A model generated the notes under the pieces. It saw only the letters and a list, made by a program, of their open reading frames with translations, did not search any database and was not told the DNA's origin. From the NCBI GenBank assembly GCA_963727505.1, contig CAVSGP010000009.1, forward strand, positions 1 through 64,000: a DNA stretch of 64,000 nucleotides, read 5' to 3'. Of this stretch, positions 38,642 through 50,244 are shown in pieces. The position numbers were made by a program, and so were the translations under genes. How positions within the stretch are numbered: position 1 is the stretch's first letter; every line of letters starts with the position of its first letter. The stretch is from an uncultured Trueperaceae bacterium. Its GTDB lineage: Bacteria > Deinococcota > Deinococci > Deinococcales > Trueperaceae.

Positions 38642-38797
38642 GGCCTCAGCGTAGGACGCGGGGCAGGGGATCGACGTTCGATGAGGGCGTGAACAAGAAC
38701 GTGGCCGAGGACGTGGCGTACGCGGCGCGAGGTGCGAGCGGCGGTGCGGGCCGCCGGTGAGCGTGGGGCATGTTCGGGCTGTGCGCGGGGGCTGCGT

Positions 38798-39133
38798 TCA
38801 GCTTCCGTGGAGGTCCTCCGGGTCGACGGTCCGCAGGTTGAGGATCTCGGCGTCGAAGTGCTGGCCGCGGTCAGCGCCTTCGAAGATGACGGCGTCGATG
38901 AAGCGGCGCGGGTTGGCGCGGGTGGGGTCATAGGTGACGGTGGCGCGTTGCGCGTCGTAGTCCAGACTGGCGTCGTATGCGCCATCGACACGTTCCAAGG
39001 CGCGGGTGATGCGTTCGACGCAATGGCGGCAGCCGAGGCCGAGGATGAGGAGCGTGGCTTCGGCCAGGGGCACCACTGGGCTCGAGGGCTCCAAGGGTCG
39101 GTCGTTCTGCGGCGACGGAGTGTCGCTAGCCAT
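38798..39133 (-). CDS. Heavy-metal-associated (HMA) domain protein
   Basis: ILGLGCRHCVERITRALERVDG...ATVTYDP. Confidence 0.8.
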   Translation of the reverse strand: MASDTPSPQNDRPLEPSSPVVPLAEATLLILGLGCRHCVERITRALERVDGAYDASLDYDAQRATVTYDPTRANPRRFIDAVIFEGADRGQHFDAEILNLRTVDPEDLHGS

Positions 39134-39463
39134 GGGGAGTTCCTTCCGGGTGGACAGGTGATCGACGACCTGTCGCAGGGGGGTGCGGGTGGCGGTCCTC
39201 ATGGTCTACCTCAAGATGGCCTTAGGATGGCCAGCTGGCGCCCATCCTCTCGCCTCGTGACGGCGGCCACTAGGGACTTTTATCCTTGCCGGGACAAATG
39301 TCCTGACGCCTCGTCGTTGTGCAAGATTCTCGCGCAGGAGCGCGACGACGGTTCGCCTCCTGCGGCGGGATCTCGGGGGCTCGTTCGAGGCTCACCGCAA
39401 GGCGGCAATGAGGGCCCGGAACACGACATGCAAACCCTGACGTGGAGTACGATAGCAACCTAG

Positions 39464-40912
39464 ATGGCACTAGCCAAGGTGATCCAAGGTGGCATGGGGG
39501 CGGCGGTTTCCGACTGGCGTCTGGCTCGCGCGGTGTCGTCACGAGGGCAACTCGGTGTCGTTTCGGCGACCGGTATCGACACGGTCCTGGTCAGGCGCCT
39601 TCAAGACGGCGATCCGGAAGGTGTCATCCGTAGGGCCATGGCGGCATTCCCGTCCCAGGATCTCGTGGCATCGGTGCTTCGCCAGTACTTCCTTCCCGAC
39701 GGTCGCGCTCCCGGCGCACGCTACAAGCGGTCACCGAAGCCGAGTGTCGCAGGACTCCGCCTACCTCTGCAACAGGCACTCACGATGCTCGGGGCCTACG
39801 TCGAAGTCTTTCTGGCCAAGGAAGGACATTCCGGTAGGGTCGGCGTCAATCTGCTCACGAAAATCCAATTGCCGAATCTGGCTTCGCTCTATGGGTCGAT
39901 GCTTGCCGGCGTGGATTACGTGCTGATGGGTGCCGGCATCCCGCGGGAGATTCCCGGCGCCCTGGATCGGCTGGCGCAACACTTGCCGGTGTCGCTCAGA
40001 CTCGATGCGAGCCGGCCGGACCAGGGTGACCGCCCCTCCGCTGACGCTCCAACCGTGGACTTCGTTCCAGCGGAGTTCGGTGCCGAGGGGCGCCGGGAGC
40101 TGAAGCGCCCGGATTTCCTTCCGATCGTGGCTTCGCACGCTCTGGCCGGCGTTCTGCAGAAGAAGGCTACGGGTTCTGTCGAGGGTTTCGTCGTGGAGGG
40201 GCCCACCGCGGGAGGGCACAATGCGCCACCACGTGGGAAGAGCATCTTCGACGAGGCTGGACAACCGGTCTACGGCGAGCGCGATGTCGTCGATCTCGAC
40301 AAGATGCGTGACCTCGGCGTTCCCTTCTGGTTGGCGGGAGGGTACGGCTCCCATGAGGGACTGCAGGAAGCCCTCGCGCAAGGGGCTGCCGGTATCCAGG
40401 TAGGAACGCTGTTCGCCTACTGCCGCGAATCCGGAATCGCGACCGCGTTGAAGGAGCGGGTCCTCGAGCAGGCTGCTGCTGGTCGGGTCACGGTACGTAC
40501 CGATCCGCGTGCGTCCCCAACCGGTTTTCCCTTCAAGGTGGTCGCGCTGCCGGGTAGCGCCTCGGACGAGGAAGTCTACGGCGCACGGCGACGCGTATGC
40601 GACCTGGGCTACCTGCGGGAGGTGTACCAGACGGAAGAGGGGGGTGTCGGGTACCGCTGCGCAGCCGAGCCGGTGGAGGATTACGTCAGGAAGGGCGGCG
40701 ACGCTGCCAACACGGTGGGAAGGAAGTGCCTGTGCAATGCCCTCCTGGCCAACGTGGGCGCAGGCCAGCCCAGGAAGGGTGGTTCCAGCGAGCCGCCGCT
40801 GCTGACGAGCGGTGACGATTTCTCCTCGGTCGCGCGCATGTTGGGCCCTGGACGGTCCTCATATTCGGCCGGAGACGTGCTCGCCTATCTCCTCGGCGAT
40901 GAGGCCGTGTGA
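39464..40912 (+). CDS. Nitronate monooxygenase family flavoprotein
   Basis: IQGGMG, MGAGIP, VEGPTAGGH, LAGG and GIQVGTLF; Cys-rich C-terminus. Confidence 0.88.
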   Translation: MALAKVIQGGMGAAVSDWRLARAVSSRGQLGVVSATGIDTVLVRRLQDGDPEGVIRRAMAAFPSQDLVASVLRQYFLPDGRAPGARYKRSPKPSVAGLRLPLQQALTMLGAYVEVFLAKEGHSGRVGVNLLTKIQLPNLASLYGSMLAGVDYVLMGAGIPREIPGALDRLAQHLPVSLRLDASRPDQGDRPSADAPTVDFVPAEFGAEGRRELKRPDFLPIVASHALAGVLQKKATGSVEGFVVEGPTAGGHNAPPRGKSIFDEAGQPVYGERDVVDLDKMRDLGVPFWLAGGYGSHEGLQEALAQGAAGIQVGTLFAYCRESGIATALKERVLEQAAAGRVTVRTDPRASPTGFPFKVVALPGSASDEEVYGARRRVCDLGYLREVYQTEEGGVGYRCAAEPVEDYVRKGGDAANTVGRKCLCNALLANVGAGQPRKGGSSEPPLLTSGDDFSSVARMLGPGRSSYSAGDVLAYLLGDEAV

Positions 40913-41110
40913 CGCTGCTGGTTGTCGCGCTTGTCGGCGGAACTGTCGTAACCCCACTGTCGTAAGCCCACTATCCAGGACGTAGAAGCAGGCGATCCGA
41001 CCATCCCGTCGACAGGGATGACCTTTCGACGAGTGCCGGTGCCGCCTCGTCGGTGCCGGCAACAGCGGCCGGCCGGCTCGGCCTGGTGCCGGTCGACCCC
41101 GCGGTCCGGT

Positions 41111-41461
41111 CTAGTACGTAACGATGCGATCGGCTTCCACCACCCACCGCGCCAGCTCGTCCATGGTGCTGCGGCCGACGCCGTCGAGGAGATCGGCCGC
41201 GTCGAGTCCGCGCGCGTCCATGCAGGTCCCGCATGCGCCCACATCGCCGCCGCGCGTGAGAACGCCGCGCAGCATGCGCTCGAGGTTGTAGTAGCCGTCC
41301 GGCGTCGTCTGTCCGGCGCGGGCGCAGCCGACCGCGTCGGCCATGAGGAAGACACGCACGGTCACGTCGTCCTGCCTCGCGAGCTGGAGGGCGAGGCGAA
41401 GCCCGTTGTAGCTGCGTTCGGTTCCGTAGGGGGGATCGTTCAGGATGAGCAGGATGGTCAT
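41111..41461 (-). CDS. DsrE/YchN family protein
   Basis: ILNDPPYGTERSYNGLRLA, VFLMADAV and CGTCMDARG. Confidence 0.88.
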   Translation of the reverse strand: MTILLILNDPPYGTERSYNGLRLALQLARQDDVTVRVFLMADAVGCARAGQTTPDGYYNLERMLRGVLTRGGDVGACGTCMDARGLDAADLLDGVGRSTMDELARWVVEADRIVTY

Positions 41462-41547
41462 GACGGCAGCCTTGCCTTCTGCGCGCTGCCGCACCAGGGC
41501 CTTCCGCCCCGGGCGCCGCTGTCGGCGCGCTCCGGGTCCGTCCTCGG

Positions 41548-42465
41548 TCAGGGCAGTGGACGGCCCGCCGCACGGTAGATGGCGTACCAGTCCTCGCGCG
41601 TTAGGTGGACGTCTGCCGCACGGCAGCAGTCGCGCAGGCGATCGGCGTTCGTGGTGCCGACCACGGGCTGCATGCGTGCCGGGTGGCGCAGCAACCAGGC
41701 GATGGCGAGCGTGGTGGTGCTGACGTCGTGGCGTTCGGCGACGCGGTCGAGCGTCGCGTTGAGCTCGGGGTAGGCGTCGCTCCCGAGGAACACGCCCTCG
41801 AAGAAGCCGTACTGGAAGGGGGACCACGGCTGGATGGTGATGTCGTGGAGGCGGCAGTAGTCGAGGACATAACCGTCTCGGTCGAGCGCGGCATGGTTCT
41901 GCATGTTCACGTTGAAACCACTCTCGATCATGGTGGCGTTGGTGATGCTGAGCTGGAGCTGGTTCGCGACCAGCGGCTGGCGCACGGCCTTCTTCAGGAG
42001 CTCGATCTGTCCGGGGTGCTGGTTGCTGACGCCGAAGTGGCGGACCTTGCCCTCCCGCTCGAGCTCGTCGAATGCCTCAGCGACCTCTTCGGGCTCCATC
42101 AGGGCGTCGGGCCGGTGCAGCAGCAGCACGTCGAGGTAGTCGGTGCGCAGGCGCTTCAGGATGCCGTCGACCGACGCCAGGATGTGTTCCTTGGAGAAGT
42201 CGAACATGCCCTCCCGGATGCCGCATTTGGACTGTAGCAGGACCTGCTCCCGCACGCGCGGATCCATACCGAGGGCCTCGGCGAAGATCTCCTCGCAGGC
42301 GCCACCCCCGTAGATGTCGGCGTGGTCGAAGAAATTCGCCCCCTGCTCGAGGGCCGCGTGGACGAAGCGCTCGGCCTCACGCTTGTCCAGCGCGTCGATG
42401 CGCATGCTGCCGACCGCCACGACGGGGACGTCGAGGTCGCTGCTTCCCAGCTTCATGGTGCGCAC
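41548..42465 (-). CDS. Aldo/keto reductase (YdhF/YcsN-like)
   Basis: FDHADIYG, QSKCG, LLHRPD, GVSN and PVVGT. Confidence 0.92.
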   Translation of the reverse strand: MRTMKLGSSDLDVPVVAVGSMRIDALDKREAERFVHAALEQGANFFDHADIYGGGACEEIFAEALGMDPRVREQVLLQSKCGIREGMFDFSKEHILASVDGILKRLRTDYLDVLLLHRPDALMEPEEVAEAFDELEREGKVRHFGVSNQHPGQIELLKKAVRQPLVANQLQLSITNATMIESGFNVNMQNHAALDRDGYVLDYCRLHDITIQPWSPFQYGFFEGVFLGSDAYPELNATLDRVAERHDVSTTTLAIAWLLRHPARMQPVVGTTNADRLRDCCRAADVHLTREDWYAIYRAAGRPLP

Positions 42466-42620
42466 GCTTCGGCCCTCCTTCGCGGACCCGCTGAACAGGC
42501 GCGCCCGTCGAGGGCAGGATAGCCGACGCGGAGCACCCCACCACCGTGGAGCGCTCCGCGTCCGAGCCGTCCTTTGGTCGCTTCGTGCCGCGCTGCGGTG
42601 CGCAGCGCGGCCTCAGCCGT

Positions 42621-43187
42621 TCACTTCACGATGTTGATGGTGCCCACCATGTTGTGCGAGGTGTAGTGCTGCCCCTTCTGCTCGAAGCAGGCGTAGTGCC
42701 AGGTCCCCACCTTGTCCGGGACCTTGAAGGTGATGGTCACGTGGGCCTGCCCGCCGCTCACCTTGTTGGCCTGCTGGAGCGCCACGGCGCCGGGCTGCGA
42801 CGTACCGCCGGGCGACGGGTTCTTCATCATCACGCCCTGCGCGTTGCTGAAGCTCACCTGGCTGTCGCTGCTCAGAAGGGTGTCGCCCCAGCCCTTGGGG
42901 TAACTCTTGCCGAAGCTGCTCTTGACCATGTTGAGTGGCTTCTTGCCCATCATGAACATGTGCGCGTCCTTCGGCGAGGTGTTCTTGACGGTCAGGACCA
43001 CGGTGTCGCCGACGTGCCAGGTCATCTGGTCCGGCTTGTAGGTGTAGTCGGACTCGGTGATGGTGTAGTGCTCCGTCTTGCCCCCGGACGAACTCTGGGC
43101 GAAGGCCAGCGGCAACGCGAACGAAGCGAGGATCACGAGCAGGAGCGACGGTGAGCGTGTGAGACGGTGGAAGATGCGAGTCAACAT
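42621..43187 (-). CDS. Secreted cupredoxin-like protein
   Basis: Signal peptide; upstream His (DAHMF) plus C-x5-H-x5-M (CFEQKGQHYTSHNM region) type-1 copper ligands. Confidence 0.75.
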   Translation of the reverse strand: MLTRIFHRLTRSPSLLLVILASFALPLAFAQSSSGGKTEHYTITESDYTYKPDQMTWHVGDTVVLTVKNTSPKDAHMFMMGKKPLNMVKSSFGKSYPKGWGDTLLSSDSQVSFSNAQGVMMKNPSPGGTSQPGAVALQQANKVSGGQAHVTITFKVPDKVGTWHYACFEQKGQHYTSHNMVGTINIVK

Positions 43188-43485
43188 GCGAGCTCTCCCT
43201 TCACGAGGGACGTAGCGAATGCAGTCAAGATGCGTGTGGGACGGCGCGCGTGCCTTCCGGCGCCGCCTTCACGCGGCATCCTAGGGGCGGTCCGGCGCTC
43301 GGTACGTTGGGTCCATTACGAACGCGGCCCTCGGCCGCACCCCGTCGACCCCTGGTACCATCGTCTGGAACGGAGGTTCGGCGCGCTCGGCCCGCGCCTG
43401 ACGGTTCGGCCGAACCATCCACCACAGGGCGGCACGGCACGCCGGGATCGGCTCCGGTGGCGCCGGTTCCCGGAAGGAGCGAGCG

Positions 43486-45144
43486 ATGGGCGACGAGCGA
43501 TACGACGTGGTGGTCGTGGGGGGAGGCTCGGCCGGCTCGGCGATCGCGAACCGACTGAGCGCGGATGCGTCCACGAGCGTTCTCGTCCTGGAGGCCGGCC
43601 GAGCGGACTGGCCGTGGGACGTGTTCATCCACATGCCGGCTGCTTTGCCCTTCCCGATCGGGAATCCACGCTACGACTGGCGGTACGAGTCCGACCCGGA
43701 ACCGCACATGGGTGGGCGGCGCGTGTACCACGCGCGCGGCAAGGTGCTTGGAGGTTCCTCGAGCATCAACGGCATGATCTTCCAGCGCGGCAACCCGATG
43801 GATTACGACCGCTGGGCGAAGGCGGAGGGCATGGAGCGCTGGGACTACGCTCACTGCCTTCCGTACTTCAAGCGGATGGAGACGTGTCTGGCGGGCGCCG
43901 ACGAATGGCGCGGAGGGGAAGGGCCGCTGATCCTGGAACGCGGCCCGGCCACCAACCCGCTCTTCGGCGCCTTCTTCGAGGCCGTGCAGCAGGCCGGCTA
44001 TCCGCTCACCGACGACGTCAACGGCTACCGGCAGGAGGGCTTCGCGCCCTTCGACCGCAACATCCACCGCGGACGGCGTTGGTCGGCGTCGAAGGCCTAC
44101 CTCGATCCGGTCCGCCGCCGGCCGAACCTGGAGATCCGCACGCGCGCCTTCGTCACGCGCGTCCTCTTCGACGGCGCGCGTGCCACCGGCGTCGAGTACG
44201 AGCACGGCGGTCAGCTCCGGCGCGTCGAGGCGGGCGAGGTGATCCTCGGCGGCGGGTCCATCAACACGCCGCAACTCCTGCAGCTCTCGGGCGTCGGCCC
44301 GGCGGAGCACCTGCGCTCTCTGGGGATCGCTCCGCTGGTCGACCTTCCTGGCGTGGGGCAGAACCTGCAGGACCATCTCGAGGTCTACATCCAGTATGCC
44401 TCCAAACAGCCGGTCTCGGTCGCACCCTGGTTGAAGTGGTGGCGGCGGCCATGGGTGGGCTTCCAGTGGCTGTTCTTCCGTAGCGGTGCGGGCGCCAGCA
44501 ATCACTTCGAGGGCGGCGGCTTCGTGCGCTCGAACGAGGAGGTGGACTGGCCCAACCTGATGTTCCACTTCCTGCCGCTCGCCATCCGTTACGACGGCAG
44601 CTCGCCGGTGTCCGGGCATGGATACCAGGTGCATGTCGGCCCCATGTTCTCCGACGTGCGCGGCGAGCTGAAGATCGTGTCGGGCGACCCGCGCGTCAAG
44701 CCCTCGATGCGCTTCAACTACCTGTCCACGCCGAACGATCAGCGCGAGTGGCTGGAGGCGGTGCGCACGGCCCGCCACATCCTCACGCAGCCGGCCTTCG
44801 AGCCGTACAACGCCGGCGAGTTGTCGCCGGGACCGTCGGTCGAGACCGACGAGGAGATCCTCGAGTGGGTCGCACGCGACGCGGAGACGGCGCTGCACCC
44901 CTGCGGCACCGCCAGGATGGGAACCGACGCGATGGCCGTGGTGGACCCCTCGTCCATGAAGGTCCACGGCCTCGAGGGCCTGCGGGTGGTGGACGCCTCC
45001 GTCATGCCGATCATCACCAACGGCAATATCTACGCGCCGGTGATGATGATCGCCGAGAAGGCGGCCGACCTGATTCGCGGAGACACGCCGCTCCCGCCGA
45101 ACGACGCGCCGGTCTACCGGCATCGGGAGGAGCAACGCACCTGA
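43486..45144 (+). CDS. betA: Choline dehydrogenase (GMC oxidoreductase)
   Basis: [39 protein letters not shown] and NGNIYAP. Confidence 0.9.
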   Translation: MGDERYDVVVVGGGSAGSAIANRLSADASTSVLVLEAGRADWPWDVFIHMPAALPFPIGNPRYDWRYESDPEPHMGGRRVYHARGKVLGGSSSINGMIFQRGNPMDYDRWAKAEGMERWDYAHCLPYFKRMETCLAGADEWRGGEGPLILERGPATNPLFGAFFEAVQQAGYPLTDDVNGYRQEGFAPFDRNIHRGRRWSASKAYLDPVRRRPNLEIRTRAFVTRVLFDGARATGVEYEHGGQLRRVEAGEVILGGGSINTPQLLQLSGVGPAEHLRSLGIAPLVDLPGVGQNLQDHLEVYIQYASKQPVSVAPWLKWWRRPWVGFQWLFFRSGAGASNHFEGGGFVRSNEEVDWPNLMFHFLPLAIRYDGSSPVSGHGYQVHVGPMFSDVRGELKIVSGDPRVKPSMRFNYLSTPNDQREWLEAVRTARHILTQPAFEPYNAGELSPGPSVETDEEILEWVARDAETALHPCGTARMGTDAMAVVDPSSMKVHGLEGLRVVDASVMPIITNGNIYAPVMMIAEKAADLIRGDTPLPPNDAPVYRHREEQRT

Positions 45145-45219
45145 TGCCCCGCGCAACGCCCCGGCGTGGAGTCCTCCACGGGCGCGCTCGGACGCCACGA
45201 GGGCGCCCGGCGACGCTCC

Positions 45220-45654
45220 TCAGGAGTCGGTGATCTCCAACGCACTGAGTTTCGCCCGCGACTGGACCCAACGCGGGTAGATTTGTGCGAGCTTCGCCGC
45301 GTCGCCGGCCCTCGATGCCTTGAGCAGGTCGCCCTCGAGCTCGGCCACCTCGAGACGCGCGTAGTAGTCGAGCATCTCCTTGAGGTGAGCGAGCACGACC
45401 CGGCCCGTCAGGATGGGATGGTCGTTGGTGACGTTGGCGTCAGGGTACTGCGTGCCGTGCTCCAACTCGACTTCGAGGCCCTGCTGGAAGGCGTCGCGAG
45501 AGATCATCAAGGCCTCGGCTCCGATGACCTGCCGGATCGCCTCGGCCTCCTCGGGATCGACGTGGGTGCCGGTCCGTTCGGTCCAGTCGCTGATCCCGAG
45601 ATCGCGACATGCCTTGCGAACGTCCTCGATCGTGACGAAGTCGCTGATATCCAT
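45220..45654 (-). CDS. DUF5661-like protein
   Basis: GLEVELEHG...NVTNDHPILTGRVVLAHLKEMLDYYARL. Confidence 0.75.
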   Translation of the reverse strand: MDISDFVTIEDVRKACRDLGISDWTERTGTHVDPEEAEAIRQVIGAEALMISRDAFQQGLEVELEHGTQYPDANVTNDHPILTGRVVLAHLKEMLDYYARLEVAELEGDLLKASRAGDAAKLAQIYPRWVQSRAKLSALEITDS

Positions 45655-45744
45655 ACTTCCTCCCTATCGGCCGCCGCTCGGCGGCAACGTGGCGTGAGTG
45701 TCTGCATAGCTGCGCGTTCGCGAGCCGTCTGGGCGCCGCCGATC

Positions 45745-46623
45745 TCAGGGTTCGGTGTGCATGTAGACGCCGAACGTGCCGGGGCCGACGTGCGTCGCGA
45801 CGGACGTTCCGATGGCGCGGATGGCCCCGCCCGCGAACGTCAGGCCGCTGTCGCGTAGGGCTTGCGCCAGGCGCTCGACGTCCACCACGTTCTGCACGTG
45901 CATGAAGGTCAGGGTGAGCGTGCCGGCGTGCTCCCTTACGAAGGCCTGGACGTGCCGCACGATCTCGCGGATGGCGGCGGCCTTGCCGCGCACGGTCGTC
46001 ACCGGCTCGGCGCCGGCGCCTTCGTGCGTGAGGATCGGCGTGACGCGCAGCAGACCGCCCAACAGCGCGCTGGCGCGGCCGATGCGCCCGCCGCGGCGGA
46101 GGTGCTCGAGGCTCGTGACGGCGAACAGCGCCTTGAGCGTGTCCCGGATGGGCTCGATCCTCTCGAGGACGGTGGTCAGGTCCGCCCCTTCGTTGCGGAG
46201 CTGCGCGGCTCTACGGACCACATCGCCGTGGCCCGCCGTGGTCGCGCGCGTGTCGAAGACGGTCACCGGCAGCGGCGCTCCGTCGGCCGCGCGGCAGGCC
46301 GAGGCGTAGGTGCCCGAGAGCTCCGAGCTCAGCGTGAGACAGAGCACCTGCTCGGCGCCGCGGTCCGCCGCCCCCTTGAAGATCTCGAGGAAGGCGTCCG
46401 GTGTCACCTGGCTGGTGCTGGGCAGGTCGGCGCCGGCCGCGATCCCGGCCAGGATGTCCGCGGTCGTGATGTCGATACCGTCGAGGTAGGTCTTGCCCTG
46501 GAACTCCACGTGCAGCGGCACGAGGAGGACATCGAGGTCGCTGGCTTCGGCGCCCGTAACGTCGCAGGTGCTGTCGGCCACGATGGCGAGAGTTCGCGGG
46601 CTGGGCCGTGCATGAGCGGTCAT
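45745..46623 (-). CDS. DegV family fatty-acid-binding protein
   Basis: IVADSTCD, PSTSQ, LSSELSGTY, LRRGGRI and THVGPG. Confidence 0.92.
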   Translation of the reverse strand: MTAHARPSPRTLAIVADSTCDVTGAEASDLDVLLVPLHVEFQGKTYLDGIDITTADILAGIAAGADLPSTSQVTPDAFLEIFKGAADRGAEQVLCLTLSSELSGTYASACRAADGAPLPVTVFDTRATTAGHGDVVRRAAQLRNEGADLTTVLERIEPIRDTLKALFAVTSLEHLRRGGRIGRASALLGGLLRVTPILTHEGAGAEPVTTVRGKAAAIREIVRHVQAFVREHAGTLTLTFMHVQNVVDVERLAQALRDSGLTFAGGAIRAIGTSVATHVGPGTFGVYMHTEP

Positions 46624-47124
46624 CGCGCCACCTCCACGGCCTCAGCGTACGCGCCCGCGGGTCGATCGCGCCGTGCTAGTCGTGGGATGCTCGGTGACCC
46701 TTCGAGAAAGACAGGCCGCCGGCGCGTCGACAGGCCGAACCCGCCCTCGCGGGAGCGAGTTCGTTCGGCCTGAAGTCCTGATGGAGGGTGGCTCCACCGC
46801 CGCAGTCCCTTGCCGGCCAGGGCGCGGGTTGGTGGTGCCCAATGACTACGCCTCCAGCCTAGTCCGTCCTCTTCCGGACCGCCGTGAAAAGCGCCCGCCC
46901 AGGCGAAGGCCATCACTGTCGGCGTCGAACCGAACGTCGAGAGGATCCGGCCCCGCCAGAGCAGGACATGGGGAGGGGCCTCGCCGGCGAGGCGACGGTG
47001 AAGCTCGGCGTGCCGACCCGCAGCCGAGTGACCCGGCGGGACGCCCGTCCCTGACGGCCGCGCGAGGGCGTGCCATGATGACGGTGGCGTTTACCCGAGC
47101 CCTCTGCAGGCTGGAAGGGTCGCC

Positions 47125-48576
47125 ATGCTCTCGTACGACGTGACCATCATCGGCGGAGGCGTTATCGGCTGCGCCATCGCCCGCGAGCTCGGCCGCTACC
47201 GCCTGCGGGTGCTGCTGCTCGAGCGTGCCGCAGAGGTGGGCTTCGGGACCAGCAAGGCCAACAGCGGCATCATCCATGCCGGCCACCACAGCGATCCGGC
47301 CGCCCTCAAGGGCCGGCTGGAGTGGGAGGGGAACAAGCGCTGGCCCGCGCTGGCCGAGGCGTTGGGGTTCGGCTTCCGTCGCATCGGGGAGCTGACCGTG
47401 GCCTTCGACGACGACGAGCGCCGCACGCTCCGGCGGCTGCTCGAGCAGGGGGAGGGCAAGGGCGTGCCCGGGCTCGAGCTGTGGCCTGCCGAACGGGTTC
47501 GCAACGAAGAGCCGCACCTCTCCGGTGAGATCGTGGAGGCGCTCCACGCCCCCACCGCCGCCGTCGTCAATCCCTACGAGGCGTGCTTCGCGCTGGCGGA
47601 GAGCGCCGTGCGCAACGGCGTCGAGCTGGCATGTGCGGAGCCGGTGAAGGCCATCGACCGGGATCCCGAGGGCCTGTACCTCCACACGCCTGCGCGCACC
47701 GTGCGGAGTCGCTTCGTGGTGAACGCCGCAGGCCTCTTCGCCGACCGCGTGGCGGAAATGGCGGGCGCCGAGCCGTTCACGGTGCGGGCCCGCAAGGGCG
47801 AGGAGTACCTGCTCGACAAGCGGCTGGTCGGCATGGTGAAGCGCCTCATCTTCCCCTGCCCGACGACGCACTCGAAAGGGATCCTGGTCATCCCCACCTT
47901 CGACGGCACGCTGATGGTCGGGCCCACCGCGCACATGACCGACAAGGACGACCTGAGCACAACGGATCGAGGGGCCGAGGAGGCGTTCGCCGGCGCGCGC
48001 CGGCTGGTGCCCGGCATCAGCGAGCGCGACTGCATCGCGCAGTTTGCGGGCCTGCGGGCCGTGCTGGAAGACGAAGACTTCCTCATCGGCCCGACGCGGG
48101 TGCCGGGCTTCCTGAACGTGGCCGGCATCCAGTCGCCCGGCCTGACGGCGGCGCCGGCCATCGCCGAGAAGGTGGCCGACTTGCTGGCCGCCGAAGGGCT
48201 GGTGCTCGAGCCGAGCGACGCATTCGTCGAGGGGGTGGACGCACCGGTACACGTGGACGATCTCGAGCTGGAGGCGCTGGCTGCGCTGGCCGCGAGCGAT
48301 CCTCGCTACGCCCGCATCGCCTGCCGCTGCGAGAACGTGACCGAAGGGGAGGTGCTGGACGCGGTGGCGCGCGGTGCGCGTACCTTGGACGGCTTGAAGT
48401 TCCGTACCCGCGTGGGGATGGGGCGCTGCCAGGGCGGCTTCTGCACCTGGCGTTGCCTGTCGCTGCTCTCCGAGGCGACAGGCACGCCGATCCCCGCCCT
48501 CACCAAGCGTGGGGGTGGTTCCTGGATCGCTTGCGAGCGGGCCGACCCGGCGGTGGGGGAGGTGGGCCATGATTAG
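47125..48576 (+). CDS. FAD-dependent oxidoreductase with BFD-like [2Fe-2S] domain (GlpA/LhgO-like)
   Basis: [23 protein letters not shown] and CRCE...GRCQGGFC. Confidence 0.88.
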   Translation: MLSYDVTIIGGGVIGCAIARELGRYRLRVLLLERAAEVGFGTSKANSGIIHAGHHSDPAALKGRLEWEGNKRWPALAEALGFGFRRIGELTVAFDDDERRTLRRLLEQGEGKGVPGLELWPAERVRNEEPHLSGEIVEALHAPTAAVVNPYEACFALAESAVRNGVELACAEPVKAIDRDPEGLYLHTPARTVRSRFVVNAAGLFADRVAEMAGAEPFTVRARKGEEYLLDKRLVGMVKRLIFPCPTTHSKGILVIPTFDGTLMVGPTAHMTDKDDLSTTDRGAEEAFAGARRLVPGISERDCIAQFAGLRAVLEDEDFLIGPTRVPGFLNVAGIQSPGLTAAPAIAEKVADLLAAEGLVLEPSDAFVEGVDAPVHVDDLELEALAALAASDPRYARIACRCENVTEGEVLDAVARGARTLDGLKFRTRVGMGRCQGGFCTWRCLSLLSEATGTPIPALTKRGGGSWIACERADPAVGEVGHD

Positions 48577-49846
48577 TGCGCGTCCCCGCCACCTGCGGCC
48601 GGTGTACGACGTGCTGGTGGTGGGTGGTGGCCCGGCAGGCATGGCGGCGGCGCTGGGTGCGCGCGAAGCGGGGGCGGAGCGGGTGCTGATGGTGGACCGC
48701 GAGCCCGAGGCCGGCGGCATCCTCAACCAGTGCATCCACAACGGTTTCGGCCTGCACCACTTCAAGGAAGAGCTCACCGGTCCCGAGTACGCGCAGCGCT
48801 TCCTGGAGCAGGTGCTGGAGCACGACGTCGACGTGCTGACCGATGCGTATGTACTCGACGTCGACGGCGAGCGTCGTACCTTGCTGATGTCGCCCGAGCA
48901 CGGCGTGCGCGAGGTGGCCGCACGGTCCGTGGTGCTCGCGATGGGCGCGCGCGAGCGAACCCGGGGCGCGGTGCGCATCCCGGGGCAGCGGCCGGCCGGC
49001 GTGATGACCGCGGGCTTCGCGCAGAAGCTCGTCAACCAGGCGGGGTACCTGCCTGGGCGCCACGTCGTGGTTCTGGGCTCCGGCGACATCGGCCTGATCA
49101 TGGCCAGACGGCTGGTGCTGGAGGGAGCCGAGGTGCTGGGGGTCTTCGAGATCCTGCCGCACGTCAACGGCCTGTCGCGCAACGTGGTGCAGTGCCTCCA
49201 CGACTTCGACATCCCGCTCCACCTGTCGACCACGGTGACCCGCATCCACGGCCGGGAGCGGGTGGAGGGCGTCCGTGTCGCGCCCGTCGACGAGGCCTTC
49301 AGGCCGCTGCCGGAGCGCGGCTGGGAGGTGCCGTGTGACACGCTCCTGCTCTCGATCGGGCTGATCCCGGAGAACGAGCTGTCGCGCCGGCTACGTCTTC
49401 GGCTCGATCCGGTCACCACCGGTCCGGTCGTGACGAGCGGCATGGAGACCTCGCGTGACGGCGTGTTCGCCTGCGGCAACGTCGTGCACATCCACGATCT
49501 GGTCGATTTCGTCACCCAGGAGTCGCTGCTGGCGGGCCGCAGCGCCGGCGCTTTCGCGCTGGGGGCGCCGGCCGCGCCCGACAACGTGCGGCTGGTGCCG
49601 GGTGAGAACGTGCACTCCTGCGTGCCGCACACCATCACCACCGACCGCGAGCACGTCGTCTACCTGCGCGTGAGCCGCTCGCTCAAGCCCTGCACGTTGC
49701 GGCTGGGCGACGTCTACCAGCGCCCGCTGCGCTACGTCGTGCCGGGCGAAACGGTGATGCTCAAGGTGCGGCCGCGATTCCTGGAGGCGTTCCACGGCGA
49801 TACCTTGCGGGTCGACGTGGTTCCGCGCGAGGAGGGAGAGACATGA
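48569..49846 (+). CDS. NAD(P)/FAD-dependent oxidoreductase
   Basis: [25 protein letters not shown] and [12 protein letters not shown]. Confidence 0.88.
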   Translation: MISARPRHLRPVYDVLVVGGGPAGMAAALGAREAGAERVLMVDREPEAGGILNQCIHNGFGLHHFKEELTGPEYAQRFLEQVLEHDVDVLTDAYVLDVDGERRTLLMSPEHGVREVAARSVVLAMGARERTRGAVRIPGQRPAGVMTAGFAQKLVNQAGYLPGRHVVVLGSGDIGLIMARRLVLEGAEVLGVFEILPHVNGLSRNVVQCLHDFDIPLHLSTTVTRIHGRERVEGVRVAPVDEAFRPLPERGWEVPCDTLLLSIGLIPENELSRRLRLRLDPVTTGPVVTSGMETSRDGVFACGNVVHIHDLVDFVTQESLLAGRSAGAFALGAPAAPDNVRLVPGENVHSCVPHTITTDREHVVYLRVSRSLKPCTLRLGDVYQRPLRYVVPGETVMLKVRPRFLEAFHGDTLRVDVVPREEGET

Positions 49847-50223
49847 GCACCGCCCGCGAGCGCAGCGAGTACCTCTGCATCGGTTGTCCGCTGGGCTGCC
49901 GGCTCGAGGTCGAGGAGGAGGCGAGCGGCGAGGTCGAGGTACGCGGCAACTCCTGCAAGCGCGGCCTGGAGTTCGCCCGGCAGGAGCACACCGACCCCCG
50001 GCGCATGGTGGCCACGACCATCCGTGTCGAGGGCGGGCTTTGGGCACGTCTGCCGGTCCGGACGCGCGACGCCGTACCCAAGGCCCAGGTCCTGCCGCTG
50101 TGTCGGGCGCTGCACGCGCTCACCCTGACGGCGCCGGTGGCCCTGGGCGCCGTCGTATTGACGGACGCGCTGGGGACCGGGATCGACGTCGTCGCCAGCC
50201 GGGACATGCCGGTGGGGGACTGA
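49843..50223 (+). CDS. DUF1667 (CxxC) protein
   Basis: CIGCPLGC...GNSCKRG; ATGA overlap with the previous gene. Confidence 0.85.
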   Translation: MSTARERSEYLCIGCPLGCRLEVEEEASGEVEVRGNSCKRGLEFARQEHTDPRRMVATTIRVEGGLWARLPVRTRDAVPKAQVLPLCRALHALTLTAPVALGAVVLTDALGTGIDVVASRDMPVGD

Positions 50224-50244
50224 GGTCGCCCTACTGCGAATGCC

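Noticed and set aside
38336..39133. Mercury or copper resistance operon
   Set aside because: Only a DUF2703-like gene and an HMA gene; no merA/merB/merR or P-type ATPase.
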